Of a stretch of DNA of 64,000 nt, positions 1 to 16,454 are shown piece after piece. This stretch comes from Raillietiella orientalis (Eukaryota). How positions within the stretch are numbered: the stretch's first letter is position 1; each line of letters begins with the position of its first letter. The position numbers were made by a program, and so were the translations under genes. The notes beneath the pieces were generated by a model. That model searched no databases and was not told the DNA's origin. It was given only the letters and a program-made list of their open reading frames with translations. Where the stretch lies: the NCBI GenBank assembly GCA_036172245.1, contig JAYWIR010000056.1:744001-808000 (forward strand). The letters run 5' to 3'.

Positions 1-1210
1 GGTTCAGGAAGGGATCATCGGTTGCTGGGGGTTGTCCTCCGCATCCTTGTAGGGATGCCTGCAAGTTCCTGTTTCAAGACTCCCAGTTGGAGCCATCTTG
101 ATGCTGTCCTCATGAAGTGGACAGCCAAATAGATGAGGTCCCTGTCATCGTGGCCTCCTCTGGCGTTGCTCCATGCAGCCACGGTCCCGTGTAGGCAGCA
201 AAGTGCTGCTAGGGATGCGGCCGGTGTGGTGGCGCCGTGCTGGAAGAGGCGCTTCAGGAGGCTTCTGGGATTGCCCTTGGAGATCCTCAAGGACGCGGCA
301 AAGCGTTCTCACGGGGAGCGGAGGGCCACACGATCCACGAGCAGGTGCGGGATGGACTGTCCCTTGCCGCAACTGCCGCAGTTCGGGCTCACCTCCTCCC
401 CCGGATCCAATGGTGTCAACGGACATTGCACGAGAGGCCCCAATGCAACAGCAGGGTCGCTGACATTCCTGCCACTTTAGGGGAAGAACTGCACTTTCCA
501 GCACGCTGGGGGCTACTGTACCTCCTCTGGAGGCATTTCTAGTAGCTCTCCCCAGCGTAGCAGTCCTTTTGGAGGGACACTCGGGGGGGGGCAGCATCTG
601 TCATCTCCCGAGTTGACCACGCATTGAGATGCTTTCTTCTATTTTCGATAGTGCCCGTCACCTTCCACCTTGCTGGAAGGTAGCTGTCCCTTGCTTTCCG
701 TAGGGAGGGCAGTGCTGGGACTAGGGGGTGAACGACGTCCAAAGCAGATTCCCGGTGTTACCCAGGATGTCCCTCAACGACTCACAAGTGTATCTGCTGT
801 TTCGCAGGCAGATGAACTCTGCCCCCTCTCTCTTGCCGTTGATCTTGCCCCAGGCGAAAACTGACTGCTGCAGCCAAGTAGTCCAGTTCGCGGGAAGGAC
901 GGAGATCCAGGGATTTCGTTGTACCAAGGCAACCATTTGGCGAAGTTGAGAACCAAGATGGCTGAAAATTCGCTCGCTGGCCGCGACGACCAAAGTCTCC
1001 CTCGCGGCCGGGTGTTCGCTTGGCGAGGATTCTTGCCGGAGTGCACCAAGGCGCAGTCCAAAGCTTGGAAGGGCAGTGCGAGTTTTCGGAATCGGAGCTG
1101 GCGATCCATTCTCTCCAGCGTAAGGAGGCCCAGTCCACCATCTTACGTGGAGCGTAAAGGTCCTTTAACGGGACCTTCCTGTGGCCCACAGGGCTTTTCT
1201 GAGGTGATCT
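1..1210 (-). mobile_element. Degenerate L1/Tx1-like LINE fragment, ORF2 post-RT/C-terminal region (copy A); runs off the window start
   Basis: Frameshifted peptides DLYAPRK.DG, RQLRFRKLAL, LRQMVALVQRNPWI..LPANWT.W.Q.SV.AWGKING and PAASLAALCC align with copies at 1215-2713, 4073-5005 and 49240-49820. The LxxPxxxGGLG motif is typical of the L1/Tx1 region after the RT domain. Confidence 0.75.
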
Positions 1211-1214
1211 TCCG

Positions 1215-2713
1215 TACCCTGATTTTTGTTTGTCCCACCCCACCCAACATTAGAAAACGAACCGAGGAACTCCTGAGGAAAGCCCTTTGGGTCACAGGGA
1301 CGTCCCAAGTTCTCTTAAAACACTTGTGTGCTCCGCGTAAGGATGGTGGACCTGGCTTCCTCACTCTGGGGCGGATGGAGCGACAGCTCCAATTCAGAAG
1401 ACTCGCCCTTGCGGCGAAGTTTTGGACAGCGCCTTGCTGCGCGTCTGCACGACTCCTCACCAGAAGTGCGACCAGCTGCGAAGGATTGACCTTGATCCTC
1501 GTGGCCAACGAGACCAGCCTGAGACAATGTGACCATCACCTGCGTCAAATGGTTGCACTGATGCAGGAGAACACTTGGATCACCTGCCTCCCTGCGAACT
1601 GCACTGCCTGGTTTCAGGAGTCAGTTTCCGCATGGGGAAAGATCAACGGCTCGGGAGAAGTGGAGTACGCCTGCCTCTGGGAAGGGAGGGACGCTCGACA
1701 GCTCCTGCAGGAGATCGTGTAAAACCCCCGCAAACTGCTGTAGGTTTCGTTCATCCCTCTTGCCCCAGTGCCGCCCTCCCTTAAGAATGCTAGGGACAGC
1801 AATCATCCGACAAAGTGAGAAGTATCCTGTCTCCTTCAAGGCAGAAGGAAACTTTTACATGCTCGGACAACTCGGCAGCTAATGGACGCTGCCACCCCGA
1901 GTGTCCCGCCAAAAGTACTTGTTAGCTGGGGTGGGATGCTCACAATACCTTTGGAGGAGGTGAAGTGGTACCCAGCTTGTTGGGACAATGGCGCCCTCCC
2001 TCTTAAGTGGCAAGAGCTGGCGTTGCTGTTCTCTCATTGGACACGAGGTAGTGTGCATGCCCGTAGTGCAGAGTGCGGCGAAAGGGAGACCTTCCCGAAT
2101 CTCCTAATAGACTGTGTCGCTCTCCGTGCACTTTGGGATCGACGAGAGTCGATCCTCAAAATTCCGGTAGATCACACCAAGGGAATCTTCCGGAGCCTCT
2201 GCGTGTGTGACGCCCTGCTGCCAGCCGCATCTCTAGCAGCTCTCAGCTGTGCACACAGAATCGTGGCAAGCTGAAACGCAAGAAAAAGAAGCCAAAACAG
2301 CAGGGATATCACCAACTGGGCGAGAATCTTCTTGAAGACCTCCTCCCGATGGCCCCACCTAGGAAAAAAAAACAAACAGAACTTGTCAGCGTCCTGGACA
2401 GGATGCAGAAAACGTCTATGGGAGAACAGCGATCCCATCCTTGCTCTCCTCTCCCCAAGAAGCATTTACTCCCTTCCCCTTCTTCCCCCCCCCCCCCTGT
2501 TTGTTTGTTTTTTATGGTTTTCCCTCCCCCTTTGCCGCTGGAGCGGACCTCACCGGTCTGCGTACCGGTTTTGACAAGTCTTTCGCGCGTGGTAGGACCT
2601 AGTGTTCTATCTCGAATTTCAGTATTACCGACTTTATTATAAAAAAAATCTTTTATAATTTAATAATAAATGCCCCGTTAGCTTGTTCTTTTTTGGAATA
2701 AACGGGTGGAAAA
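1215..2713 (+). mobile_element. 5'-truncated L1/Tx1-like LINE (copy B) with 3' UTR and tail
   Basis: RKALW..G...LKHLCAPRKDGG, a zf-RVT-like stretch (ECGERETFPNLLIDCVALRALW) with stops, then a T-rich 3' UTR, CTGCGT stem-loop 2552-2569, AATAAA 2665-2670, a terminal hairpin and AAAA. Confidence 0.8.
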
Positions 2714-3700
2714 CAGCTGGCCACCCGCTATCCTATCGATATCTCGTGCCTCCTCTTCAGAGATAACTGGATCTCTTGCAGGAGCACGAGGTCGAGGGAT
2801 CGTAGGGTGGCAGCGATGTCTTGTCTCCTGACGTCGTCGCTCAGCCCCCTGATGTTCCACCAGGAGATCTGCAGACGACGGCGAGATGCAATTCCCGGTA
2901 CTGAGGCTGGGAAAGTGACGCTGCGGTTCCCTCCACCTAAGTGGATGGGAAGCTGTCAGACTGGACGGGAACCTGGAGCACCTGGTCCTCTATCCCGTCC
3001 ATCTCTCCATCTGCGCCGGCAAGTGGGACTTTCTCTGTCGACGAGTCCCGCGTTCTCTGACTCCCATTGCACCTCCGCTTTCGGAAGCAAGCTCTTCCCC
3101 TCCGTCAGGGAAGGCTTGCCTCCTGGGATTCTTGGACTTGCGTCCAGACTTAATCGGGGGTGCAACGACGAAAGACTCCCGCTTCTGGTTCCCGCTTTCG
3201 AGTCCGAGATCTCAAACCTCTTCCTGGAGATCGGACGCCTCTAGGGCTTCTTTGTCGCCTTGGTTTTTTTCTCCAGTGTGGTCGTGAGCTCCTCCGCGGC
3301 GCGTGCGAATATGCCTCGCTCCCCTCCTCCTTGTTTTCCTCGGAGGGTGGTGTGCTGGCAGCGGCGAGTTTGGTTGCCGTGCATCTCTCGGTCACGGGAA
3401 CGCGCTCAAAGATTTCGCGGCGGTCTTTCACGGAATCGCGTTTCGGCGTGTTTTCGCTGCGTTTCGCTATTTGATTCTCCTTTTTTTTCTTTTCTTCCCT
3501 GCTTCTCGCTTTTCACCTGCTGCCATCACAGCCTCCTCGCTGCTCTCCTCGCCGTTTTCAACAGTGTTTGTTGTGCCCGGAGCGGCGCTTTTCGCGACTT
3601 TTCACAGCCGCGACGCGGACGCTGGTGCAGGGCACACTTTTGGCGTGTATCCCATTGTTTGGCACACTTGACACTATATTTTGGGGCACCTTTTTTTCAG
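2714..3700 (-). mobile_element. 5' part of a LINE: UTR/ORF1 remnant and start of the APE endonuclease
   Basis: Minus strand 2880->2761 reads RRLQISWWNIRGLSDDVRRQDIAATLRSLDLVLLQEIQ, matching the WNxRGL...DxxxLQE start of LINE APE endonucleases. The upper boundary is approximate. Confidence 0.7.
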
Positions 3701-3899
3701 ATGTCCTGAAGTGTGGCAGTGCTCTCAGTATTTGGGTTTCCCCACGTACTACAGGCCCACCGGTTCTCCGGCTACTTGCAGCTTGTGGGGCCATCCACAG
3801 CCCTCATGTGCGATGATTCTCGCTGCCGTGAGCCCGCTCGGAAGCCCGTTGTGTTCCACGAAGAGAGAGGGCTTTGCCCACGGCGCGGCCGTACTTTCC

Positions 3900-6800
3900 T
3901 AATTCGCTGCGGATGGCCTCCTTGGTCATCCAAGCGTTATTCCTGAGGAGCAGCACAATCCAAGGGCAGGTGCGAGTGGAGGGTCTCCCTCTTCCCGCGT
4001 CCTCCCTCCCTAAGGGCCAGTGATGAGGGCGTGCTTCGCACGGGACCCCCTGGTACGAGACCAGCAGCGCCGGGCCTACCTCTGCCCCAAAGGGCGATTC
4101 TGAGGTAGGCCCCGAGTCCGTTTGAAGGACTTATGTGCCCCTGGTCGCGATGGAGGCCTCGGCCTCCTCACGCTGGAGCTGCTGGAACTGCAGCTGCAGT
4201 TCAGGACTCTAGCTCTAGTAGCGAAGCTATGGAGCACCAGCTGGTGCAGCCCACCTTGAGCGCATGGGCTGAGAGGACCTCCCTTGCCACGGCTCCGTTC
4301 CACCTTAGGGAGCACCTGGGCAGTAGCCATCCGGCGAAATGGGAAGTCCGGTGTAGTATCTGGAAGAGAGAGAGAGCAAGGTGGTTGGACCACGGGCCAG
4401 TTGACAGACGCTGCGACCCCAAGTGCCCCACCAAAGGGACTATTGTGCTGGGGCGAGCTGCTGAGCATCCCCATGGATGTACTCGAGTGGCCCCCGGGGC
4501 TGAAGACTACCCGGGCCCTCCCTCCCCAGAAGTGGCAGGTGTCCTTGTGCGTGACGCCCTTCGGCCTGCCGCAGCCCTTGCAGCCCTCTGCTGCCTACGA
4601 GGGATTGTGCGGCCTGGAGCACCGCCACTGGTGGACTGAACGACAGGGACATCATCTGCTCCGCCCTGTGTTTCCTAAGGACGGCAGCCAGATGGTCCCA
4701 TTTGGGGCATATGCGGACCGAACTTGCCGGCATCCTGGAAAGGATGTAGAGGACGACTCCAGCGGAATGTGATCCCTTCCCCAACTCCTCCCTGCTTTTG
4801 TAAATAGTGTTTTCTTTTTGTTTTTATTTGTCCTTTCCCCCCCCCTCCGCTGCCGAGTCGAACTCGCCAGCCTGCGTGCTTGCTACTCGGCAATTTCAGA
4901 CTCTTTATTAGAACATTTTTTAGGACGCTGTAGGGGCAATAGCCCTACACTTGCTTGTTTGTTTTTACTAAAAAAATAAACGCCCCGGCGCACCCGGGTG
5001 TAAAAGCAGCGCCGACCCCTGTCACCCGGGAAAGAGGCTGTGAATGTTCCAGAGCACCAGGGACCACTTCCGGTCTTCTCGAGGTCTTCGACAAACAGCT
5101 CGTCCCAGCATAGGAGTCCCTTGGGTGGGACGCTCGCATCAGGGATCGGTTGGCGTGAGAGATTGGAGAACCTTCAACCACCCTTCATTCCTCTGCCACC
5201 CACTGGCGATCCCGTAGGCAAATCGCCCTAGGACCCTTCCTTTATCTCCTCTGCATGCGACTGCGGAGGGATTGTCCCGATCAGCGCCGGGTGGAGTGAT
5301 CCTCACGGATCCGTCCTTCTTTCCCCTCCGACTCCTTGCACGATGCAGAGAGTCCGACCTGGCTGTCAGGGGCGCTCCTTCTGCACTGCTACCATTTCCA
5401 CGCGACCTTTGGACGAGAAAGAAGTCAACGACTACCGGTCGGCTCCCGTCGCGGAACCTCAGAACTCAGTCATGATTGTCCAAGTTGTCCTCGGCCGGGA
5501 ACCAGCGCCGGGGGGCTCCGAACTCGACGCCCGGGAAGCGAGCCAACGGCCACGCCGCTACTGGGATGGAAGTCTCTTGGAGCGCTGACCGGAGAGTCCC
5601 ATCGGCTTTTCGGGGGACGAGGCATGGGGACGAGAAGGACGAGGCCGAGACTTCCATCGCGAGTGACCTCCGCTGCCCCCCCCCCTCCCGGACGGCCTCC
5701 CTCCCACAACGAGCGGGAACGCTCGCGTGCGAGGGAGACCTCCTGCTGGCCAGTGGCGTCGGTCAGCGTGGCAACGCTGCAATTCTCTAGGACCCTAGCG
5801 ACCGCCGGAGGTTGCATTTCCGGCCCCGGGGGGGAAAAGCAGGAGCGCAGCTGCCGCCGACTCGCAGAGCCACCCGGAGGCGTGCACGGCACGGAAGCTT
5901 TGGAGCTGTTCCTCCTTCCTCCCTTCTCTTCGCCCCGTCCGCGAAGACCGAGCGTTCCCGCCACCCCTCCTCCAGCGTGCTGGGTTTCCCCCTCAGGGGA
6001 TCCTCACGCGATCCGACGGACCTTTTGGATCGGCCGGCGACGTCCGCGTCCGCTCGGGGAGGTGTCCTTCCACGATGTTCCCGGAGGAGCGGGAAAGCGC
6101 GCCTTCCCGGGAAGCCCCGTTCATGGTAGCTTGCGCAAGAGGCGGAGACGCAGAGGCTGCTGAAGAAGAACTCGACGTGGCGCCTCCGGGCGGCGACGCG
6201 AGGAAGCCTCCGCTGGAAGAACGCAGCTTTGCTGCTGCGCGTGCGCTGCGCTGCAGGGGGCGCACTCGCGAGCGCACGCGGACTGGGACAGCCGCACTCC
6301 AGAAGTCGCCCGCAGGAGGCTGCGGGCCGCGCTGGTGCGAGATGGATGCGGCGCAGTTGCCTGGTCAGCCAACCGCTCCAGGGGGACGCATTTTGATCTT
6401 GGGGGAGATGGGGTCTAGGGCTCCTTGTCGACTGCGGGTCGGTTTCACGTGTCCCTATGAGAGTGCCTTGAGGGTCGTGATTGCAGGGCGAATGCTGGGG
6501 CACGAAGAGTTGGAAAAGCGGCGACCTCTGCATGCTGAAAGGGAGAGGCCGAGAGCCTCTCCGGGATCATAGGAGATCCGTTCCTTTGAGCCTGCCTCGC
6601 ACCGAGCCCGCTCGTTCGCACCCTTTGTCGTGGGGGAAGGAGGGGAGAGGGAACCTCGTAGGGCTCCCCATTTCTCTGCCGCAGTCCGTAGCGCACTGCT
6701 TGCTCTCCCAGAGGATCGGCAGCCACGATCCTCCTTCTCCCTCCCTATCTGCGGCCGCGTCTTCGACCACTCGTTGGGTTGGCTGGCACCGGGACGGTCA

Positions 6801-7500
6801 CGACTCGATGTCTACCTTTGGGTTCCCAGCAGCCCACCCTAAGATAGGGCGTGTCCCCTGCGCAAGACCCGACTGGTTTCGGGTGAGGGAAGTCCCTGAT
6901 TTCGGGATCCTGGGTGGTGGTGCTTCCTCCCCTCCCCTCCGACTGGTCCGAGAAGGAAGATGACCGGAGCGCTAAACTTCCCTGCGGCTCTTGGCGAGAG
7001 CTGCAGCCGAGGTCGGACTATCGGTCCAGAGTCGTTCGTGGTTGCCAAGGATTCCCGAAGACGAGGGTGGGAGAGATGGGCGGGAAGCTTTCTGAGTTGT
7101 GTTCTCGGTCTGCGTAGGGGTACGAGCTCTCGAAGAGGCTGCGTCTCCTTCCCACGGGTGTCGTCCGGAAGTTCCTTCTTGCTCGCCCCTTCCCTGGCCC
7201 CTTCCTGTGAGCCTAGGAAGAAGCTCTGGCAGGCGTGGAATTCGCAGCTGCCGTATGCCCCCATCTGCCCAGCGTGGGCTGCAACAGGACTCCCTCCGGG
7301 AGCCCCTGCGATCCTGGAGGACGTCCGGTCGCAGCGATGCCCCTGCTCCCTACTCAGCCCCTCTGGCTCTTCGCGCGGCCCCTTTTCGCAGACACACCCC
7401 CTCGATCTCCAGCGCCTCCCTGGCGATCGGTTCCGCCTTAGACATCCGTCCAGCGCTTGCTCGCACTCGTCGGCGCGTTGCAAGCAGCTCCACCTCCTCT
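3900..7500 (-). mobile_element. Old degenerate LINE ORF2 (RT to C-terminal remnants), interrupted by copy C
   Basis: 3950-4072 joined to 5006-5160 aligns with copies A and D (PPKGLLCW..L and KWQG region). RT-like remnants lie near 6600-6900. 6060-6420 is an inverted paralogue of 9540-10060. Boundaries are approximate. Confidence 0.55.
4073..5005 (+). mobile_element. 5'-truncated, internally deleted LINE (copy C) with target-site duplication
   Basis: LKDLCAPGRDGGLGLLTL and DAATPSAPPKGLLCWG motifs; 3' tail with CTGCGT stem-loop, AATAAA 4975-4980, hairpin and AAAA. Flanked by GCAGCGCCG at 4064-4072 and 5006-5014. Confidence 0.85.
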
Positions 7501-9499
7501 TCGGGCCATTTCAGTTGCTCCTGCAGAGACTGTCCGCCCCTCCTCCTTTACCCTGGGATCCCGGCCTCGATCTCGCGGACGCTGACCCATGGGCGCTGCA
7601 GCACTACCAGAGGAGGGCGTGAAATTGGCATTTGGGGAAGCTCGTGGTTTCGCGCCTTCTTTTGAGCGTCGACGTGGACGCGCGCCTTGCGGGCGAGCCG
7701 CAAGCGGGGCACCAGCCGAGGGCCGCGAACGCTTCATCCTGTGTCGCCTTGGGGCAAATTCCGCAACACGGAAGCCTCGGAGGAGAGTCCGATGAGCAGC
7801 GTGAGAGGAGTCCGGCTGTGAAACGGTGACGTGCACGACCTCACGCAAAGACCTCAGTGACCATCGGGGGGGCGGGGGGAGGAAGCTTGAACCTTGGGTG
7901 TCGACGGCTAACCGTCACGCCCCGCTGCCTTCCGAGGTATCCGCACCTCAGAAGCCTGGGTGGGGCGGCGTGCGCGCTGATGCCGGAGACCTTCCTCGCG
8001 TCCTTTTCTGTGCCCATGCGGATGCCGGCGGGAAAGCGGGAGAAAAAGCGAACTTCCTCCCGCACTTTGGGCGAGGCAAGCCGGACGCACGCATTGCGCA
8101 CCCCAGGTTTTGGTCGTGCAGGTGATGGCTCCAGTCTCCGAGGAGGAAAAGGAAGAGAGGAGGGGGAGGAAGAAGGAAAGAGGAAGTAAGGGATAAGGAA
8201 GGCGACTGGTGAGTTGGAAGGCTCACATCTGCAGCCTTTCCAGAAACTCCTCTTCCTCCTCCCGTCCAGCGAAGCGTCTCGCACCACGCGAGACAGTGCA
8301 ACCAAGCCTGCATCCGCCTGGTGGCTCCGCCATCTGCGCGTTTCAGCCTTTGCAGGCTGCAAGGGCGAAGGGCCGAAGGAATCGCAAACGAGGACCGCGC
8401 GCTACGCCCGTCTACCTAGCGGACGATGAAGGCCACCGGAGAGAAGTAATGGCAGCTCGCGGATTTGGCTCCACCCGATCCATGCGCTCCCACGGGAGAG
8501 CTTTCGGCACCTCCCGCGGGCGCGGCAGCCGCAGTACAGCCGGCGCGGGGGCGGATCCCATCTGCATCCCCGAGGTGTTCCGCTCCCCCGGCTGAGCTGC
8601 GAAGATTCTCCGAGGTGTCACGACGACGGCGCACGGACCCGCCCCTAAGCAGGCAGGGGAAGAGATCCCCGCTGATGCTCCCACCTGGGCGCACCTCGGG
8701 ATCCTCTCTTCATCCACCTCTCCACGTCTTGCGGCCCGCGTGTCCCCGTCTCGTGCTGAGGTTTTAGGGCTCTCTTCGTCTCGATCTTCTCAGGAGGCGT
8801 TGGCACTCCATCACGCCTGTATTTTTCGGTTCCCAGCCAGCGTGCAGCTCATCTTGAAGCCAGGCTGGGAGGCGCTACGAGGATCTCCGAGACGTTTGTT
8901 TTTCCTCTCGTGGATGTCGCCGCCCTCCAGGCCCGTTGCTCCTTCCGTGTATCATCAGGCGGCCCCTGGAGGGATTTCAGGATTTGACCTGAGGACCTTG
9001 AAAGAAAGGAAGGCGCGTGGTGGTGAGGTGAGGAAGCCACCAGACAAGCGGTTTTCCGTCTGTAGCAGCTGCTGAGAGGAGAGACACACGCATCAGCAGC
9101 TGGCGACAGGCTGAGCCGAGAGGGGGCAGCCCGCTCGAGTTGCGACCACCTCGCCATTTGGTCACCTCGGCTTGCATATTTTCAGCCACATAAAATCTGA
9201 TCATTCAAAATAGGCATTCGAACATACTGTGCGAGTGGCAACCCTGATATTCACCGATTCTTCAGCAATGAAATTTTTTTCTCTCCCTCTGTTTCACTTG
9301 ACGCCCGATGTAGGGGGCAAAATTTACAACGCTGCCTTTGAAAGATGTGAAAGGGTGCGTTGATTTACGATGCCGCAAGTGCCGTGAGTATTAATAAATA
9401 TCCAGTGTTCTATAACGTTCTACACTACTGTGCAGAAAACTTTTATTGAATAATGGACGAGATCGAAAGAAGAATGAAAGATCACAGATTGGAAGAAGA

Positions 9500-10600
9500 G
9501 CAGGCTTCGAGCTCTCCATCTGTATTCGAAGCAGTCAGAATACTAGACTAAGCCCACAGGGTCTTCCGGGCAGTGGCGCCGCCAGGTCCTTCCTCCAGCC
9601 ACCACAAGATCGCAGCAGACTGGGATCCCTTCTGCAGGGTGGGATGAAGGGGCAACTGCGCCGTGTCCATCTCTTACCAGCCTGGTCCTCAGCTATTGGA
9701 GGACGACCTCTGTAGAGTAGCTGTCCCGGCCCGTCTGCACTCACGAGTGTGCCCCCTGAGGCGGTGCAGGGACGGATCCATCTCGGATCCCCGTTGCGGG
9801 ATCGCGAAGGCGTGCGCGGGGTGGCAGCAGAGACGGCGGCGCAGCTGCGTTCCGCCAGCAGCCGCTGCACCTCCGTCTCTCGCGCGTGATCGCGGACAGG
9901 GTTTCCCGGGAAGAAGAGGGTAACGTTGGAATGGAGGAAGTGGTGAGCACCGCCGAGGCTGGATGGGGTTCCGAAGAGTCCTCGCCCGGAGAGGCGTGCA
10001 GCCTCCTTCGCGGAGGCCACGTGCTTCCCTGCTCCTCCGGGAACGTCATGGGAAGACATTATCAGTCGATGCCTCCAGATTCGATAAGACAGGGCCGATT
10101 CCCTTAGCAGTGTGAGAGGTCATGAACAGCCAACTGCTTTTGATGAGCATCAAAGGTTGCTCTGAAGATACCTACCTAATAATCAAACAGTACCTTTCCG
10201 AAAACGCACGTTGGGTAACCCGGGGTCTGGCCAACCGGAATCACCATTCTTCAGGAACCCTCACTCTGAAGGCAATCCGATCCCTTAAGGCTCAAGACGA
10301 AAGTGCAGCCTGAATGCACTCGGTCACCCAAACAAATCTTCGGCATTTGCTCATGGGCAAGTCGCACACAAGGGAGTCCTCAGATACAAAAAGGTTGCTC
10401 CCAATGATCTTTTCGAGGATCATTTGCCAAGTGAGGAACGTAGATAAATTCCTGCGGCCCATCATGAGGTAGGAGGAATTCGTCGGTACGCAGGTGGGAG
10501 CATTTCCCAGAAGGAAACGCAAAATCAGAACAGGGTGGAAAGACGGAATCGTGACAAGGTCACGTTTGGTAATTCGCTATGGTATACCGTGAACAAAGAG
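9500..10600 (+). mobile_element. Degenerate LINE ORF2 fragment
   Basis: Inverted paralogue of 6060-6420 (the peptide HDVPGGAGK appears in both in the ORF track), followed by C-terminal-like remnants. Confidence 0.5.
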
Positions 10601-12132
10601 CGTGGAAGCGGCCCTCTTTCGAAAACCATCACTGGAGTTTCGTGGGAACGCACTAACTTTATGTTTATGAGCAAACAAAAATACGCATTTGCAATCTAAA
10701 ACTTTAGTAGTCAATTATTTCCGGTGCCATGACCATCTTTGGAACATCTCTCCGTGATACCCGTGGCCAGCGACTCATCGCTGTTCGTTTAACGTGACCA
10801 ACCTTTCATACTCCCTGGCAATTACTGCTCGTGTTGCGACTCTTGAATCGGAACCACTCAAGTCGATCGTTGCTGTTCCTCTACACCTGCATCATACACC
10901 AGTCTTCACTTCCTTGTTCATGCACACCTAGTGCCCGAGTTTATTTGAATTCTTATGATGCACCATTGCACCTAAACGCTCATAATTGTCCTGAACCTCC
11001 TAGGACTGATGATCTGAATCTTGCACGCGTCCCACAAACCTGCTTCTGACGCACTGCACCTGTGTCTTATGCCATGTTCTTTACCACCGCACATGCGGAA
11101 GAGTTGTACACTGTGTGGCTACTGAAACTGTAACACTGGTCTGACTTGCTACGAATGTACGCTGATAAATTGTATTTGGGCTTCCTGCAGGAACAGTGAG
11201 CATGCGTCTTCATGAGATCCTTTCAGTAGATCCTTTACCAGTACTCATCTCCTCCACTTCTTACCCACATTACTCGTGCTGCCGCCCCAGGAATATACGT
11301 TTCCGTCTCTCTGAACAGAGATAGAAACGCGTATCACTGGAGCAGCAGCAGCACTTTCCTTTCTCCCATCCGCATACACCGCTTTGCGAGATCATTTATG
11401 ATGCATGTTCGATTCTACAAACACGACGCCAACGACGCTTGATTGCTTTTCCCACCCACATAAGATACAAAAGTAAACGCTTCCTAACACACGTACACAA
11501 TAACTCAAAGACTTCAATCCCGAGATACAGAAGCAGCAGATTATCTTTCGCTGTTGGCGTGGGACGAAGTTTAATCGCGGCGTGGTCTGAAATCTTCACT
11601 TCACAGCTAGTCTGCTGCTGCTGGCTTTAACGTGTTCAGATGCATTCCCTCCCACAATCAGCATCTGCCACCGAGCTGCTTTCAAGAAAAAGCTACGTCA
11701 ACCCCCCCCCCCCCCACACACACACAGCCTATTGCAACTGAATGGAGCAACGGACACAGGTATGATACGGCTTATACTGTATTCGCATCGCAGACGGAGG
11801 AGGGGAGCGTTGCTACAGGGAAGCTTTATTTCAATAAATAATTTGAAACCTGGCAAACCTTCAAAGCACAGTATTATTATCATACTCTGTTCCACAAAAC
11901 CCAAGACTGAGTAAACGCTGGTTTTCCGACCTATGGCCATAAGGTCAACAACATGAAACTGAAAACCCGCCCTTGGGCTGCCAGCCTTGGCAATCCACGT
12001 ACTCACCACGACGAGCATTTACTGCCGCAGAAATGCTGGCTCAGTTATTTGGGTGCACGCGCTGAAAACATTACTACATCTCTGACCCTTGCAAAAGGAA
12101 TTTATTGCAAGAATACGTCCAAGCTAAAGTAC

Positions 12133-16454
<4,322 letters not shown>

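Noticed and set aside
4960..5005. CCCCGG..CCGGG hairpin as a minus-strand Helitron 3' end
   Set aside because: TSDs at 4064/5006 and 44081/44166, plus the upstream AATAAA, show it is the plus-strand end of a retroelement. Helitrons make no TSD.
5336..9200. Many long overlapping ORFs of 150-275 aa (likewise across 33-54 kb, e.g. 42124..43128 +)
   Set aside because: Arg/Pro/Ser/Gly-rich products expected from stop-poor GC-rich DNA or antisense to real exons; no domain motifs.
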